A stretch of 64,000 nt of DNA from Candidatus Latescibacterota bacterium (GCA_965237675.1 OZ250150.1:5248001-5312000); one strand, 5' to 3'. Counted from the stretch's first letter, positions 50,095 to 60,832 are shown. Notes: generated from the letters alone by a model not told the origin. Translations and numbers: made by a program.

Positions 50095-51255
50095 ATGCGG
50101 ATTGCAGGCGTTAAAACCTATCTCGTCCACCCGGGCAGCGCGAAGAACTGGCTTTTTGTCAAACTGGAAACCGACACGGGCATTCACGGATGGGGCGAGG
50201 CCTACACCCAGCACGATCGGGACCGGAGCATTCAGATTCACGTACACGAACTGGAACGATATCTGATCGGACGGTCTCCGTTCGATATCAAGCACTTCAC
50301 GTACGTGGCGTATACGGACTTCGCGAGCAAGAGAGGCGCGATGGATCTCTACGCCGCCATCAGCGCAATCGAACAGGCCATGTGGGATATTGTGGGCAAA
50401 TCTCTGAACCAACCCGTCTACAACCTGCTCGGCGGCGCCTGCAGGACCAGGATCAAGGTCTACGCCAATGGCTGGGGAAGCTGGTACGATCCCGGAAAGG
50501 GTCCTGAGCAACTTGCCGAGCGGGCCGCCTCGGTGGTTGCGCGCGGGTTCACGGCGCTCAAGTTCGACCCTTTTCCGGGTCCCTGGCGCAGCATCATCGA
50601 CAAAAAGGACGAGCAAACCGCCGTGGATCGGGTCAGCGCCGTAAGGGAAGCCGTCGGCCCTGATGTGGATATCCTGGTCGAAGTGCACCGCAGGCTTTCC
50701 CCGACGCATGCCATCCGCGTTGCCCGTCGCATGGAGCCTTTCAATCCCTATTGGTACGAGGAACCCGTTTCCTCCCGTGACCTCGACGGCCTGGCAGAGG
50801 CCAAACGAAACATCCACATCCCGGTTGTCACCGGCGAAGAACTCTACACCAGAACCGAATTCCGCGATGTCTTCGAGAAACGCGCCGCCGACATCATCAA
50901 CCCGGACGTCTGTAACTGCGGCGGCATTCTGGAACTTCGCGAAATCGCGGCCATGGCCGAACCCTGCCACATCGCGGTCTCGCCCCACAACTACAACAGC
51001 ACCACAGTGGGGCTGGGCGCCACAATGCAGGCCGCAGCCGGCATGCCCAACTTTCTGATTACCGAATACTTCGTGAATTTCGAACCTGCGGGAAATGAAA
51101 TCGCGGTCGATCCCTTCAAAGTCGAAAACGGGTACATCACGCTGCCCACAGCGCCCGGACTGGGCATCGACTTGAACGAAGACGCGCTCGCCGAACATCC
51201 TTTCCGGCGGTTCCCCAGCCGCAACCTCCGGCATCCGCGTGACGAAGGGCCGTAG
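50095..51255 (+). CDS. Mandelate racemase family, galactonate dehydratase (DgoD)-like
   Basis: NWLFVKLETD.G..GWGE, YANGW, LKFDPF, VEVH, EEP, TGE, PHN. Confidence 0.88.
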   Translation: MRIAGVKTYLVHPGSAKNWLFVKLETDTGIHGWGEAYTQHDRDRSIQIHVHELERYLIGRSPFDIKHFTYVAYTDFASKRGAMDLYAAISAIEQAMWDIVGKSLNQPVYNLLGGACRTRIKVYANGWGSWYDPGKGPEQLAERAASVVARGFTALKFDPFPGPWRSIIDKKDEQTAVDRVSAVREAVGPDVDILVEVHRRLSPTHAIRVARRMEPFNPYWYEEPVSSRDLDGLAEAKRNIHIPVVTGEELYTRTEFRDVFEKRAADIINPDVCNCGGILELREIAAMAEPCHIAVSPHNYNSTTVGLGATMQAAAGMPNFLITEYFVNFEPAGNEIAVDPFKVENGYITLPTAPGLGIDLNEDALAEHPFRRFPSRNLRHPRDEGP

Positions 51256-51450
51256 TCTCCAGAGCGCAAGAAGCGAGACGTTAGACGGAAGTGGGAAAAA
51301 GGGAGCCCGCTTGCGTCGGGACTTGTGTGCGAATTCGACTTTGGAATCAGGTCACGGGCAGGTTTTCTTGCTTTTCGATTCACCCCGACACAGTTCACGC
51401 CTTAGCAGGCGGGTATCCCTTCCACGTCACCTTTTTTGATTCAGAAACCG

Positions 51451-51483
51451 GAATTTACATGGATGGACAGGATCGACAGGATA
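51451..51483. repeat. Short ACAGGAT-type tandem repeat
   Basis: acatggatggacaggatcgacaggat, 9-bp period. Confidence 0.35.
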
Positions 51484-51708
51484 AGCACCCAAAGAGCCGG
51501 AAGAATGCTCTCTATTTCGGGTTATAGCAATGAATCCGTCCACCTTAGACCGCGCATCATCACTCTGACCAACCCAGTTCCACATTTTGAGAGTTGTCGA
51601 TATATTCTGCGCTAACATTATTGAAAAACAACCGATTATTCAACAAAACCACCGGTTTTCGTGAATAATTCAACATCAAAGATTCATTCACATAGTAGGA
51701 GGTAATAT

Positions 51709-52883
51709 ATGGATCGCGACGATGTTCGACAAAGACTGGAGGCGCTGGAAGATAAGTTACGCTGGCAGAAGCGGGCGATTGCAGGGTTGCTCGTTGTATT
51801 TCTTTTCAGCGCATCGCCGGCTTTGACCCAGGCAACAAGGTGGTTTGACCGGATGCTTCCGTCAAAGCTGGCCTCGATCACCCTTCGACACGGCACGACT
51901 CCGGGCGACGTGCGGTTCGGCGATCTTTCGCCAGACCGGGCCGACCTCCCGTTACCAGAGACCGGGTTCGGTGGACTGAGCAAGATAGTTCCAGCGCAGA
52001 TCATCGATGCAGGTGACACGTTGCGGGTCGGCGCACTTCACATTGTAAATGCAAGCGGGGCCGTCGTCGCAGCCATCGGGTCGGACGAGTCGGGAGACGG
52101 TTCGCTGGTGATAAGGAACGGAAACGGCGCCGTGGTTTCCGTTGTGGGCGTTGACGGAAACGGACATGGGACCCTGGGGGTCCTCAATGCGGCCGGTCGG
52201 GTCGCGGCCGCCATGGGCGCCGATCCGTCAGAACAGGCCAATGGATGGGTCGACGCGAGGAGCGCAACGGGTTCGGCGGCTGCACTCGCCTTTGATGATG
52301 CCGGAGACGCTGCGATTGCGGTGTTCAACACGGATGACAAGCTGGTTTCCGGATTCGGTATTGACAACAACGGTAACGGCGCCCTTCGTATCGCGAATGC
52401 GGCCGGCGGCATCGTTGCCGCGATAGGCGCGGATGAGTCGGACAATGCCAATGGATGGATGTCAGGAATAAATCAGGACCGGCGGCGGGCTTCTCCGTCG
52501 ACCGGGACGGAGACGGCCTGACAATTGTGGGCAACCGGAACGGCGATGCGGTTGGGGTGCTGGGCGCGAATGAGAATGGACACGGTCTCATCGGGTTCTT
52601 CAACGCGTCCCGGCGGGTTGTGGTCGGCATGGGGGCCGATTCGACGGGCGTTGGGGTGCTGAGTATTGAAGGGGGCAGGTTCAGGGCCTTTGTCGATGCG
52701 AACGGCAGCGGAGTGGCGGAGACTCGGGGGCAGGATGGGAATCTACGCTGGACCTCCGACGCGGCACCCGTTGGGGACACTGGCACGTCAACCGGGCTGA
52801 TCGGGGATTTCGACGGGGACGGCGACGTGGATTTGAACGACTTCGTCACATTCGCCAGGAATTTTGGCAAAACGAGCGGGTAG
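51709..52883 (+). CDS. Membrane-anchored or secreted beta-repeat protein with C-terminal dockerin-like tag; frameshifted near 52455
   Basis: Strong RBS aggagg; coiled-coil plus hydrophobic N-terminus; about 23-aa repeats continue across the two frames; ends GDFDGDGDVDLNDFVTFARNFG. Confidence 0.7.
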
Positions 52884-52989
52884 GGAAACCTTGTATGAAT
52901 AGACTATATCTCAATAATCCGAAGTCCTCACTGCCGCAAGTACTCGTTGCCTGCCGGGTTTTGCGGCCTATTAATTTGGGAGAGAGGCG

Positions 52990-54126
52990 ATGAATCCACT
53001 TGAAGAACGGTTGAACAGATTAGAGATGCGCGTTACTCGGTATCGCAATTTCAATGTCTTGTTGTGTCTCCTGCTGGTAACCGTTGTCACGGTTGCCGCA
53101 AGAGAGGGCGTATCTCCATTTCAGGCGAAGTCAAACCCTGAATCGATCCCGATGCCTGAAGGCGACGTGCGAATTCCTGATTTACCGGACCGTGGCATAG
53201 ATGCTGTAATGCATCCGCAGGTACGGAGCGCGGGGAAAATGGCTGCGCAGACGCAGGGTGTGATTCGCGCGACAGGACTAGAGATCGTAAACAGCGATGG
53301 ACAAGCGGTTGTTGAACTGGGGCCCAGCACCGCGGGTGGTGGGCTTATCTTCGTCAATTCAGCGGAAGACAAGAACCTGGTTTATATTGGATCGTCAGTG
53401 TCGAACGGCAATGGATTAATTCACGTCAACTCGACAAATGAAAAGAACCTGGTTGCTTTGGGTTCAGATTCCGAAACAGGAGACGGGCAGATTGCCATTA
53501 GAAATAGAAACGAAGAGCGTTTGATCAGTTTGAACACTGGCGAGAGATCTGGCACGATAAGAATAAAAAAAACCGGAAATGAAGATTTGGCCTTTCTGGG
53601 TGCCAGCACTTCAGGTCACGGGCTTCTGAATCTGAGTAACAATTCGGGAAAAGACATGGTGTCAATGTATGCTGGTGAAATTGCTGGCAATCTGTGGCTC
53701 TCGAATAACAACGACAAGACGATTGCTCGCATCGGAGCATATTCCGGTGGAGACGGGTTCTTGAAAATCAACTCCAAAACTGGTACGGAACTTATTACAG
53801 CAGGTTCAAACGTCGAAGATGATGGACTACTCAGGGTAAGCAATCGCTATGGTACTCTCGGTTTTTTCGTCGTTAGTACTGACGTACATGGTTATGTCGG
53901 AATTCAGGATAACCAGGAGAGATTGCTTGCAGACCTGACAGCGACGCAGGGCGGCGATGGGCTTGTTCGCACGTTGTCCAGGCAGGGTATCACGACCTGG
54001 TCCAGCGCTTCTGTTCAAGGCAGCACAGGGTCGACGTCCTCTTTGAGGGGTGATATGGACAATGATGGCGATATTGATGGCGATGATTTCCTTATCTTCT
54101 CTGAACACTTCGGCACGAAAAAATAA
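52990..54126 (+). CDS. Paralogous beta-repeat protein with C-terminal dockerin-like tag
   Basis: LEERLNRLE plus TM segment; 11 repeats of about 23 aa (LxIxN..G...h.hG....GDG); ends GDMDNDGDIDGDDFLIFSEHFG. Confidence 0.75.
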   Translation: MNPLEERLNRLEMRVTRYRNFNVLLCLLLVTVVTVAAREGVSPFQAKSNPESIPMPEGDVRIPDLPDRGIDAVMHPQVRSAGKMAAQTQGVIRATGLEIVNSDGQAVVELGPSTAGGGLIFVNSAEDKNLVYIGSSVSNGNGLIHVNSTNEKNLVALGSDSETGDGQIAIRNRNEERLISLNTGERSGTIRIKKTGNEDLAFLGASTSGHGLLNLSNNSGKDMVSMYAGEIAGNLWLSNNNDKTIARIGAYSGGDGFLKINSKTGTELITAGSNVEDDGLLRVSNRYGTLGFFVVSTDVHGYVGIQDNQERLLADLTATQGGDGLVRTLSRQGITTWSSASVQGSTGSTSSLRGDMDNDGDIDGDDFLIFSEHFGTKK

Positions 54127-54129
54127 GCA

Positions 54130-57036
54130 ATGAATCTCTTTCCGAAATCTGCAGGAAGCCGTCTTGTTGTCCCTGCTTTCGTCCTCATTTGTTGTAGCGG
54201 CGTTGCTATTGGAGCGCCGCCGATTGAGTACGTCAAGGAACAGCACCCGCCGAAACTGGAAGGCGTACTTGCCCGGATTCAGAAGAATTGGACGGCACAA
54301 AAACGAGCGCTGGCCAAGACGACGGCGAAACAATATGGCGCTTCAAAAATCATCGGCGAAAACATCACCGTTGTATTGGAGCCTCGCCATGGAAGGCTCT
54401 CGGAAAGTATCGACTTTGCGGCACTGTCCAACATTGGCGTTAGAATTGTCGCCCAATCGCGGCACCTGGTGGAGGTATCGGCGCCCATAGCTGAGCTTGC
54501 ACGAATCGCGCAGGTGGACGGCGTGCAATTTGTGAGATTGCCTATAAGGCCCAAATTACATGCCGTTGTCAGCGAGGGCGTGGAGCGCGTTAGTGCGCGA
54601 ATCTATTCAAATGAGGGATTTACGGGACGGGGAATAAAGGTCGGAGTCATTGACGCTGGATTTGTAGGGGTACCATCACTGCAGGATAGGGGAGAACTGC
54701 CCAATCTACATCCCTTTGACTTTACGGGTCAGGGAATCTTCCAAAGGGGTGACCTTTCTGAAAGTGAGAGTGTGCACGGGGCAGCCTGCGCTGAAATTGT
54801 GCACGATATCGCTCCAGATGCTGAAATCCACTTGTACAAGGTAGACAATCTGGTCAGTTGGGAAAACGCCAAGGACGCGGCAATTGAGGAGGGCCTCGAC
54901 ATTGTCACGGTATCGATGTCCTTCCCGGTAACGGGTTTTGGCGATGGCACGGGTCTTGCCTGTGAAATTGTTGATAATGCTTTTCAGAATAACGTCCTGT
55001 GGGTGAATTCTGCTGGAAATTATGCCCAAAAGCAAGTCTCAGTTCGATTAAGCGACCCGGATGGAAATGGTTTTCACAACTTTGATAAAGACAGTGAAAT
55101 CGTGGAATTAAAAAGGGTTCAGATAGGTAGGGAAGTCGAAGCATGGTTGACATGGAATGAATGGCCCCTGACGTCTCAAGACTATGACCTCCTGCTCTAT
55201 AAATTCGACACGAATGGCAGTACCGAGCTTGTTGCACAAGGTGACACGAAACAACGTCAGTCAAAACCCGTAGAACATCTTGTCTATACGATTACAGAAG
55301 CAGGATCCTATGGCTTTGCGATTTGGGGGGCATCTTCTGCCCGAGTTACTCTTTTTAAATTGATCAGTCTGAGCCACGATCTAGACGGACCTGTATCCAT
55401 TTCAGGATCCGTAAGCACGCCAGGGGACGCGCGAGGTGCGCTGACCGTGGGGGCATTGCATCATGATAAATGGACAAGAGGGCCTATTGCGGCGTACAGT
55501 TCCCAGGGTCCAACATTTGATGGGCGAATCAAACCCGATCTGGTTGCTCCTGCCGGTGTTCGCACCATAAGCTATGGCGCCAAAGAATTCAACGGAACAT
55601 CGGCGGCGACGCCTCACGTCGCGGGAGCGGCGGCGCTTTTGAAATCCTCCGATCCAGTGCATTATAATGCGCGGAATTTATATGACGCGCTCGTGCAGTC
55701 CACAGTCGATATGGGGGATCGGGGCGCCGATAACGTCTACGGCAATGGGCGATTGGACCTATCGCTGCTTCCCCCCGGTGGCAGACCCGTCATGAATCTT
55801 TCGCGTACAGTGCTCGATTTCGGCGCGGTCCTGTTGGGATCGTCACAGACCCTAAGGCTTGGGATCGTCAACACCGGTCAGGCGTCTCTGGTCATTACGA
55901 ATATCCAGTTGCCTTCCAGTGATTATGGCCTTTCTCAATCTTCCTACGCCGTAGCACCGGGTCGTAGCGAACGGATATCTGTCACTTTTTCTCCGCAAAG
56001 TGTGGGCGATAGATCCGGCGATATAACCATTTTGAGCAATTTGCCGCCGGCCACCGTAACACTGCGAGCCCAGGGCGTGAGCCAACCCGCTGTTCCGGTT
56101 CCGCAAATCTCGGTCGATTCTTCGAAGCGGGATTTCGGGGATGTCGAGGTCGGCAGTTCAAAGTCCATAACCGTCACGGTTACGAATTCTGGAGACGCTT
56201 CGCTGGCAATTACAGATATTTCCGCCAGCGATGAGCAGGTGAGTGTTTCGCCCAGACAGTTCACGATTCCAGCAAAGCAAAACGGCTATTTTACGCTTCA
56301 TTTCCAGCCAGACAGAGCGGAGGATTTGTCAGCGCGTGTGACCATTTACAGCAACGATTCCAAAACGCCATCAGTCAGTTTCCCCGTTGCCGGAAAGGGG
56401 CTTCGCTCCCAGAGTACGTCCTTTGCATTATCTCTTGTCGTCGACGCGCCAAAAGACCAGGATGTGTATTCCACGCCTTCGGATGGTATGATTGCTGTCG
56501 AAATTCATGGGCGGCAGGTTAAGGACGCGATAGGATTTCGAGCCTTGTTTGATTTTGACGCACCATCCCTGACTTACACGGGATTCGATATTGGCGACGG
56601 TATTCCAAACGGACACTCGCCAGGTCCATATTTTCATCCTACTTCCAATGAATCATCCGTTGAAGTGATGGCGGCGTCGTTTGGCGGGAAAATTCCAGAG
56701 CCGTCTGTAAAACTCGGCACCATACGTTTTTCCGCTGCGGACACTTTTCGGACAGGTGAAATTCGACTGCGTTACGCGCGCATCCGTCGGTCCAGTCTAT
56801 TTGAAGCGTTTGCCAATCCAATAGTATTGAGATTCTCACGACAAGGGGCACTGAACGCAGACTTCGACGGCGACGGTACAGTTGGATTTGGCGATTTCTT
56901 GCAGTTTGCCCAACAGTTCGGGCTAAGTCCAGGCGATGCGGGTTATGAAGCGCGGTTCGATTTGGATGGTAACGGCACGATCGGGTTCGGTGATTTTCTC
57001 ATCTTTGCCAACGCCTTCGGCGCCCAGGGATCATAA
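54130..57036 (+). CDS. Secreted S8 peptidase with two ASH/choice-of-anchor-D Ig domains, a cohesin-like domain and a dockerin-like C-terminus
   Basis: VGVIDAG / VHGAACAEI / NSAGN / GTSAATPHVAG; LDFGAV..G.S and DFGDVEVG..NSG...L.I; ADFDGDGTVGFGDFLQFAQQFG. Confidence 0.88.
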   Translation: MNLFPKSAGSRLVVPAFVLICCSGVAIGAPPIEYVKEQHPPKLEGVLARIQKNWTAQKRALAKTTAKQYGASKIIGENITVVLEPRHGRLSESIDFAALSNIGVRIVAQSRHLVEVSAPIAELARIAQVDGVQFVRLPIRPKLHAVVSEGVERVSARIYSNEGFTGRGIKVGVIDAGFVGVPSLQDRGELPNLHPFDFTGQGIFQRGDLSESESVHGAACAEIVHDIAPDAEIHLYKVDNLVSWENAKDAAIEEGLDIVTVSMSFPVTGFGDGTGLACEIVDNAFQNNVLWVNSAGNYAQKQVSVRLSDPDGNGFHNFDKDSEIVELKRVQIGREVEAWLTWNEWPLTSQDYDLLLYKFDTNGSTELVAQGDTKQRQSKPVEHLVYTITEAGSYGFAIWGASSARVTLFKLISLSHDLDGPVSISGSVSTPGDARGALTVGALHHDKWTRGPIAAYSSQGPTFDGRIKPDLVAPAGVRTISYGAKEFNGTSAATPHVAGAAALLKSSDPVHYNARNLYDALVQSTVDMGDRGADNVYGNGRLDLSLLPPGGRPVMNLSRTVLDFGAVLLGSSQTLRLGIVNTGQASLVITNIQLPSSDYGLSQSSYAVAPGRSERISVTFSPQSVGDRSGDITILSNLPPATVTLRAQGVSQPAVPVPQISVDSSKRDFGDVEVGSSKSITVTVTNSGDASLAITDISASDEQVSVSPRQFTIPAKQNGYFTLHFQPDRAEDLSARVTIYSNDSKTPSVSFPVAGKGLRSQSTSFALSLVVDAPKDQDVYSTPSDGMIAVEIHGRQVKDAIGFRALFDFDAPSLTYTGFDIGDGIPNGHSPGPYFHPTSNESSVEVMAASFGGKIPEPSVKLGTIRFSAADTFRTGEIRLRYARIRRSSLFEAFANPIVLRFSRQGALNADFDGDGTVGFGDFLQFAQQFGLSPGDAGYEARFDLDGNGTIGFGDFLIFANAFGAQGS

Positions 57037-57071
57037 AATTGAAACGGGATTCCGACCTTGCACTGCGCCGG

Positions 57072-57170
57072 CCCTGAGCATGTCGAAGGGTGGCGGAACG
57101 CGGGCGCTTCGACAGCCTCACACCCGGTTGTCGACCCCTCCCCCGGCCCCTCCCCGGTGCGGGGAGGGGA
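57072..57170. repeat. REP-like palindromic elements
   Basis: tgagcatgtcgaag...cttcgacagcctca hairpin, and cccctcccccggcccctcccc..ggggagggga (related to 63790-63840). Confidence 0.5.
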
Positions 57171-57423
57171 GGTATTATAGCGTACGTCGACGGCTAAAAG
57201 TCAGGATGATGTTGAAGGATTGTGCCGGTCTGCCTCCTTGCGCGCAACGCGCAGGCGGGCTGGAGAAACGGTTTTCGGGTGACTTGCACCCACTAAAGAT
57301 CCGCGCCCTTTCACGGCGCACTGAATGAGTCAGACTATATAATAACCCCAGAATGCTTCCGCACTTCGTCACTGAATTTCCGGTGCGCTCCGAAGAGTTC
57401 CGTTAAGGTCAGCTGATTCGTCC

Positions 57424-58695
57424 ATGTCCCAACGATCCGAAGGCCCCTCCGAAACCCCACCCCGATTTCACGGCGCTCTTGCGCCGCTGAACAACCCCGA
57501 CTATCGCCGGCTGCTGGCCAGTAACGCCCTCTGGTGGCAGTTCATGTGGATGGAAATCATCGTGGCCGGCTGGCTGGTCCTGGAACTGACCAACTCGGCC
57601 TGGCAGGTGTCGCTTATCGGTTTCTACCGCATGGCCCCGCTGCTGGTGTTCGGCTTTGTTTCCGGGCCCCTCACGGACCGGTTCGGCCGCCGGAAGATTA
57701 TTATCTTCTCCCAGGCCGTCAACCTTGTTGTATCCCTCCTGATCGCCCTGATTATCCTCGCCGATCGCCTGGCCGTGTGGCATCTGGCCGTCGGCGCGCT
57801 GGTCATGGGTACGACCTGGGCGGCGGATTGGACCGCCCGAAGGTCGTTGCTGCCGGACCTGGTCGGCAAAGCCCGAACCATGGACGCCATGCTCCTGGAA
57901 GGAGTTTCCCAAAACATCACCCGCGTTGCCGGGCCCTTTTCCAGCGGCGCCCTTTACGCAACCCTGGAACCCTTTGGCTGTTATCTGATTCTGACCGGGA
58001 TCGCCCTGGCTTCCCTACTGATCCTCGTGCGACTCTCCAGACAACCCGTCTTCGAAAGAACACCGACAGACGCGTCCCACTGGACGCGGACGGTGGAAGG
58101 GCTCCGCTATATCCGCCGGAACCCGTCGATTCTGGGTGTTATGCTCATTACCATTGCCATGAACATCCTGGTCTTTCCCTACCAGACCCTGTTGCCGGTG
58201 TTTGCAAGGGATATCCTGGATCAGGGCCCTGTCGGCTTCGGCGTGCTGGCTTCCGCCAACGGAGTCGGCGCGTTCGCCGGCCTCTGGATTGTGAGCAGGC
58301 TCCGCCGCTATGTCAGGATAAGCTGGCTCTACGCGGCCGGCTCGTTTCTGATGGCCGCCGCCGTGGTTTTATTTTCAATGTCCGCCGACTTCTATCTTTC
58401 CCTGGGCCTTCTCATCCTGTCAGGCATCGGCCACGCGGCCTTCGGTCTTCTCCAAAGCACCATCGTCCTGCTCTCGGCACGGGACGACATGCGAAGTCGC
58501 GCCATGGGAGGCATCGTGCTCGCTATCGGCACGGGTCCCCCGGGCCGCCTGAGCACGGGCGCGCTGGCCGAACGCTTCGGCGCGCCATTCGCCGTGGGGC
58601 TTACGTGCGCCACCGCCGCCCTTTGCGTGATTGTGATCACGCTTGCTATCAGCGGTTTTCGCAACGCTTCCGTGGCACGGGAAGCGCGCGCATAG
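57424..58695 (+). CDS. MFS transporter (H+ antiporter-2/DitE-like)
   Basis: GPLTDRFGRRK, EGLRYIRR, LPVFARDIL, MRSRAMG. Confidence 0.88.
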   Translation: MSQRSEGPSETPPRFHGALAPLNNPDYRRLLASNALWWQFMWMEIIVAGWLVLELTNSAWQVSLIGFYRMAPLLVFGFVSGPLTDRFGRRKIIIFSQAVNLVVSLLIALIILADRLAVWHLAVGALVMGTTWAADWTARRSLLPDLVGKARTMDAMLLEGVSQNITRVAGPFSSGALYATLEPFGCYLILTGIALASLLILVRLSRQPVFERTPTDASHWTRTVEGLRYIRRNPSILGVMLITIAMNILVFPYQTLLPVFARDILDQGPVGFGVLASANGVGAFAGLWIVSRLRRYVRISWLYAAGSFLMAAAVVLFSMSADFYLSLGLLILSGIGHAAFGLLQSTIVLLSARDDMRSRAMGGIVLAIGTGPPGRLSTGALAERFGAPFAVGLTCATAALCVIVITLAISGFRNASVAREARA

Positions 58696-58784
58696 AAAAC
58701 CGCCCCGGCGAAGCGGTCTTCTCACAGTCTCCGCTCTTATCGACAGGGCAGGAAACTCTCGGACGCGCGGGACGACCCACGCGT

Positions 58785-59774
58785 CTATAATGCCAGAATC
58801 CGCTCAATCTCCTCCCTGAGGGATCCCTCCAGCCTGGGGCCGTACTGCGCCACCACCCGCATCGACGCGAAATTCGCAAGTTTTGCCGATCCGGCCGCGT
58901 CGAACCCGTGGGTGATTCCGAACAGATAGGCCCCGGAGAACATATCCCCCGCGCCGTTGGTATCCACCGCGTCCACGCTGAAACCCTGCGAGCGGAACCG
59001 TTCGCCTCCGTCCCACACAATGGCGCCATCGGCCCCGCAGGTCACCGCGTATGCGCCCACCATCGATTCCAGAACGCCGCAGGCATCGTCGGTTTCACTT
59101 GTTCCTGTAAACGCCCGTGCTTCGTCTTCATTGCAAAACAACATATCCACGCCGGCGGACACCAGCGCCCGCATCCGGTCCCGGAAGGCAGCGACGATGA
59201 GCGGGTCGCTCAGCGACAGTGACACCCGGGTTCCCCGTGCGTGTGCCTTGGCCTGGGCAGCCAGCGCCGCGGCGAAGCCCTCGTCGGACGCGATCAGATA
59301 CCCTTCAATATACAGATAGTCGCTTTGCCCGATCACCTCGGGCTCGAGTTGCTCCACGCCGAACGTTCCGGTAATGCCCAGGTACGTATTCATGGTGCGA
59401 TCGGCGTCGGCCGTGATCATGACCAGGCACTTGCCTGTGATTCCGTCGCCCTGAAACCGGTTGGAAGCCACTCCTGCCGCCGCCAGATCCCTCAGATAGA
59501 AATCTCCGTACATATCCTTCGCCACCTTACAGGCATAATATGCCCTTCCACCCAGATTTGCGACGCCGATCATGGTATTCGCAGCCGACCCGCCCGACGA
59601 ACGCTTCAAAACGTCATCGCCAAGGCGTTCAAGGAGTTCGTGATGCCGGTCCTCTCCGATCAACGTCATCACGCCCTTCTCTATGCCCGCCGCCGCGAGA
59701 AAGTCGGGCGTTACCCGATACTGAATATCCACCAGCGCATTGCCGATACCGTACACACTAAACGCCCTGCCCAT
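58785..59774 (-). CDS. PfkB family carbohydrate/adenosine kinase
   Basis: GIGNALVD, GGSAANT, DRTMNTYLG, AVDTNGAGDMF. Confidence 0.9.
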   Translation of the reverse strand: MGRAFSVYGIGNALVDIQYRVTPDFLAAAGIEKGVMTLIGEDRHHELLERLGDDVLKRSSGGSAANTMIGVANLGGRAYYACKVAKDMYGDFYLRDLAAAGVASNRFQGDGITGKCLVMITADADRTMNTYLGITGTFGVEQLEPEVIGQSDYLYIEGYLIASDEGFAAALAAQAKAHARGTRVSLSLSDPLIVAAFRDRMRALVSAGVDMLFCNEDEARAFTGTSETDDACGVLESMVGAYAVTCGADGAIVWDGGERFRSQGFSVDAVDTNGAGDMFSGAYLFGITHGFDAAGSAKLANFASMRVVAQYGPRLEGSLREEIERILAL

Positions 59775-60047
59775 ACGCGCTCCTTGCAAAATCGGTTGAA
59801 TTCCTTATTATAACACCATTTATGGGTTCCACGGTCCCAACGGTCCGTAAGCCCGAGACCGACGTACACGAGCAAGGCAGTACCTGGGTGTTCAACGAAA
59901 ACCGGTCGTGGCGGCCGATCCGCCAGGGCACCGGTCTCTGCAACCGGACCCCGGGACTCCCGAGTGACAATATATCGATTATTAGCCATTCACAGAGTAG
60001 CTTTACACACCTGGCCGGTCTTGCCGGTATTCGCAAAGGATTCGGAT

Positions 60048-60818
60048 TTGAGCACAACCATTACCTGCAACGTGCGGGAACAAGCCATCCTTATTGACGT
60101 TGAAACAGATGTTAAAAACGAGGGCTCGCGCAACCACGAACTGTGGCGGGCGAACACCTTCAATGAGAAAGAGCCCGATACACTGGACTGGATTGACACC
60201 AGTTTCCAACCCGGCGAGACGATTTACGACATCGGCGCGAATATCGGCCAATACTCCCTTTACGCGGCTCGTAAACTGAAGGGCCGGGCCCGGATCTTCG
60301 CCTTTGAACCGGAAGCCCTGAACCAGGCCAAACTGAACAGGAACATCCTGCTCAACGACCTGGGGAAGGTTGTCACGGCCTACCCCATCGCCTTATCCGA
60401 TCGGACGGCCATCCAGCACTTCTATTCCAAAACCTTCGCCCCGGGGGCCGCGCTCCATGCCCTGGGCGAACCCGTTACCCAGGGCGCCGTGCCCTTCGCG
60501 CCGCAGAACCGCCAGGGGACGATGGCCGTATCGCTGGACGACCTCACCGGTCGATTCGGCTTGCCGTTTCCCGACCACGTTAAAATCGACGTCGACGGCA
60601 TCGAAGACAAGATCGTCGCCGGCGCATCCCGAACCCTTGAAGATCCCAGATTGAAGAGCGTGCTTATCGAAGTTTACATGTTCGGAGACATGGCCCAAAA
60701 AATCGAAGCCGCCTTTTTCAATCGCGGATTCTCCCTTGCCAACGCCGGACCCGTCGACTACACGGAAGGCATCGTTCAGAATCTGATCTTCAAGCGACGG
60801 CCGCACCCATCACTGTGA
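60048..60818 (+). CDS. FkbM family methyltransferase
   Basis: KEPDTLDWI, YDIGANIGQYSL, FAFEP, KIDVDGIE; TTG start inferred. Confidence 0.88.
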   Translation: MSTTITCNVREQAILIDVETDVKNEGSRNHELWRANTFNEKEPDTLDWIDTSFQPGETIYDIGANIGQYSLYAARKLKGRARIFAFEPEALNQAKLNRNILLNDLGKVVTAYPIALSDRTAIQHFYSKTFAPGAALHALGEPVTQGAVPFAPQNRQGTMAVSLDDLTGRFGLPFPDHVKIDVDGIEDKIVAGASRTLEDPRLKSVLIEVYMFGDMAQKIEAAFFNRGFSLANAGPVDYTEGIVQNLIFKRRPHPSL

Positions 60819-60832
60819 ATTGAGACGATACC

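Noticed and set aside
47882-51234. Long minus-strand ORFs 47882-49129 and 50050-51234
   Set aside because: Antisense shadows of kbl and the dehydratase gene.
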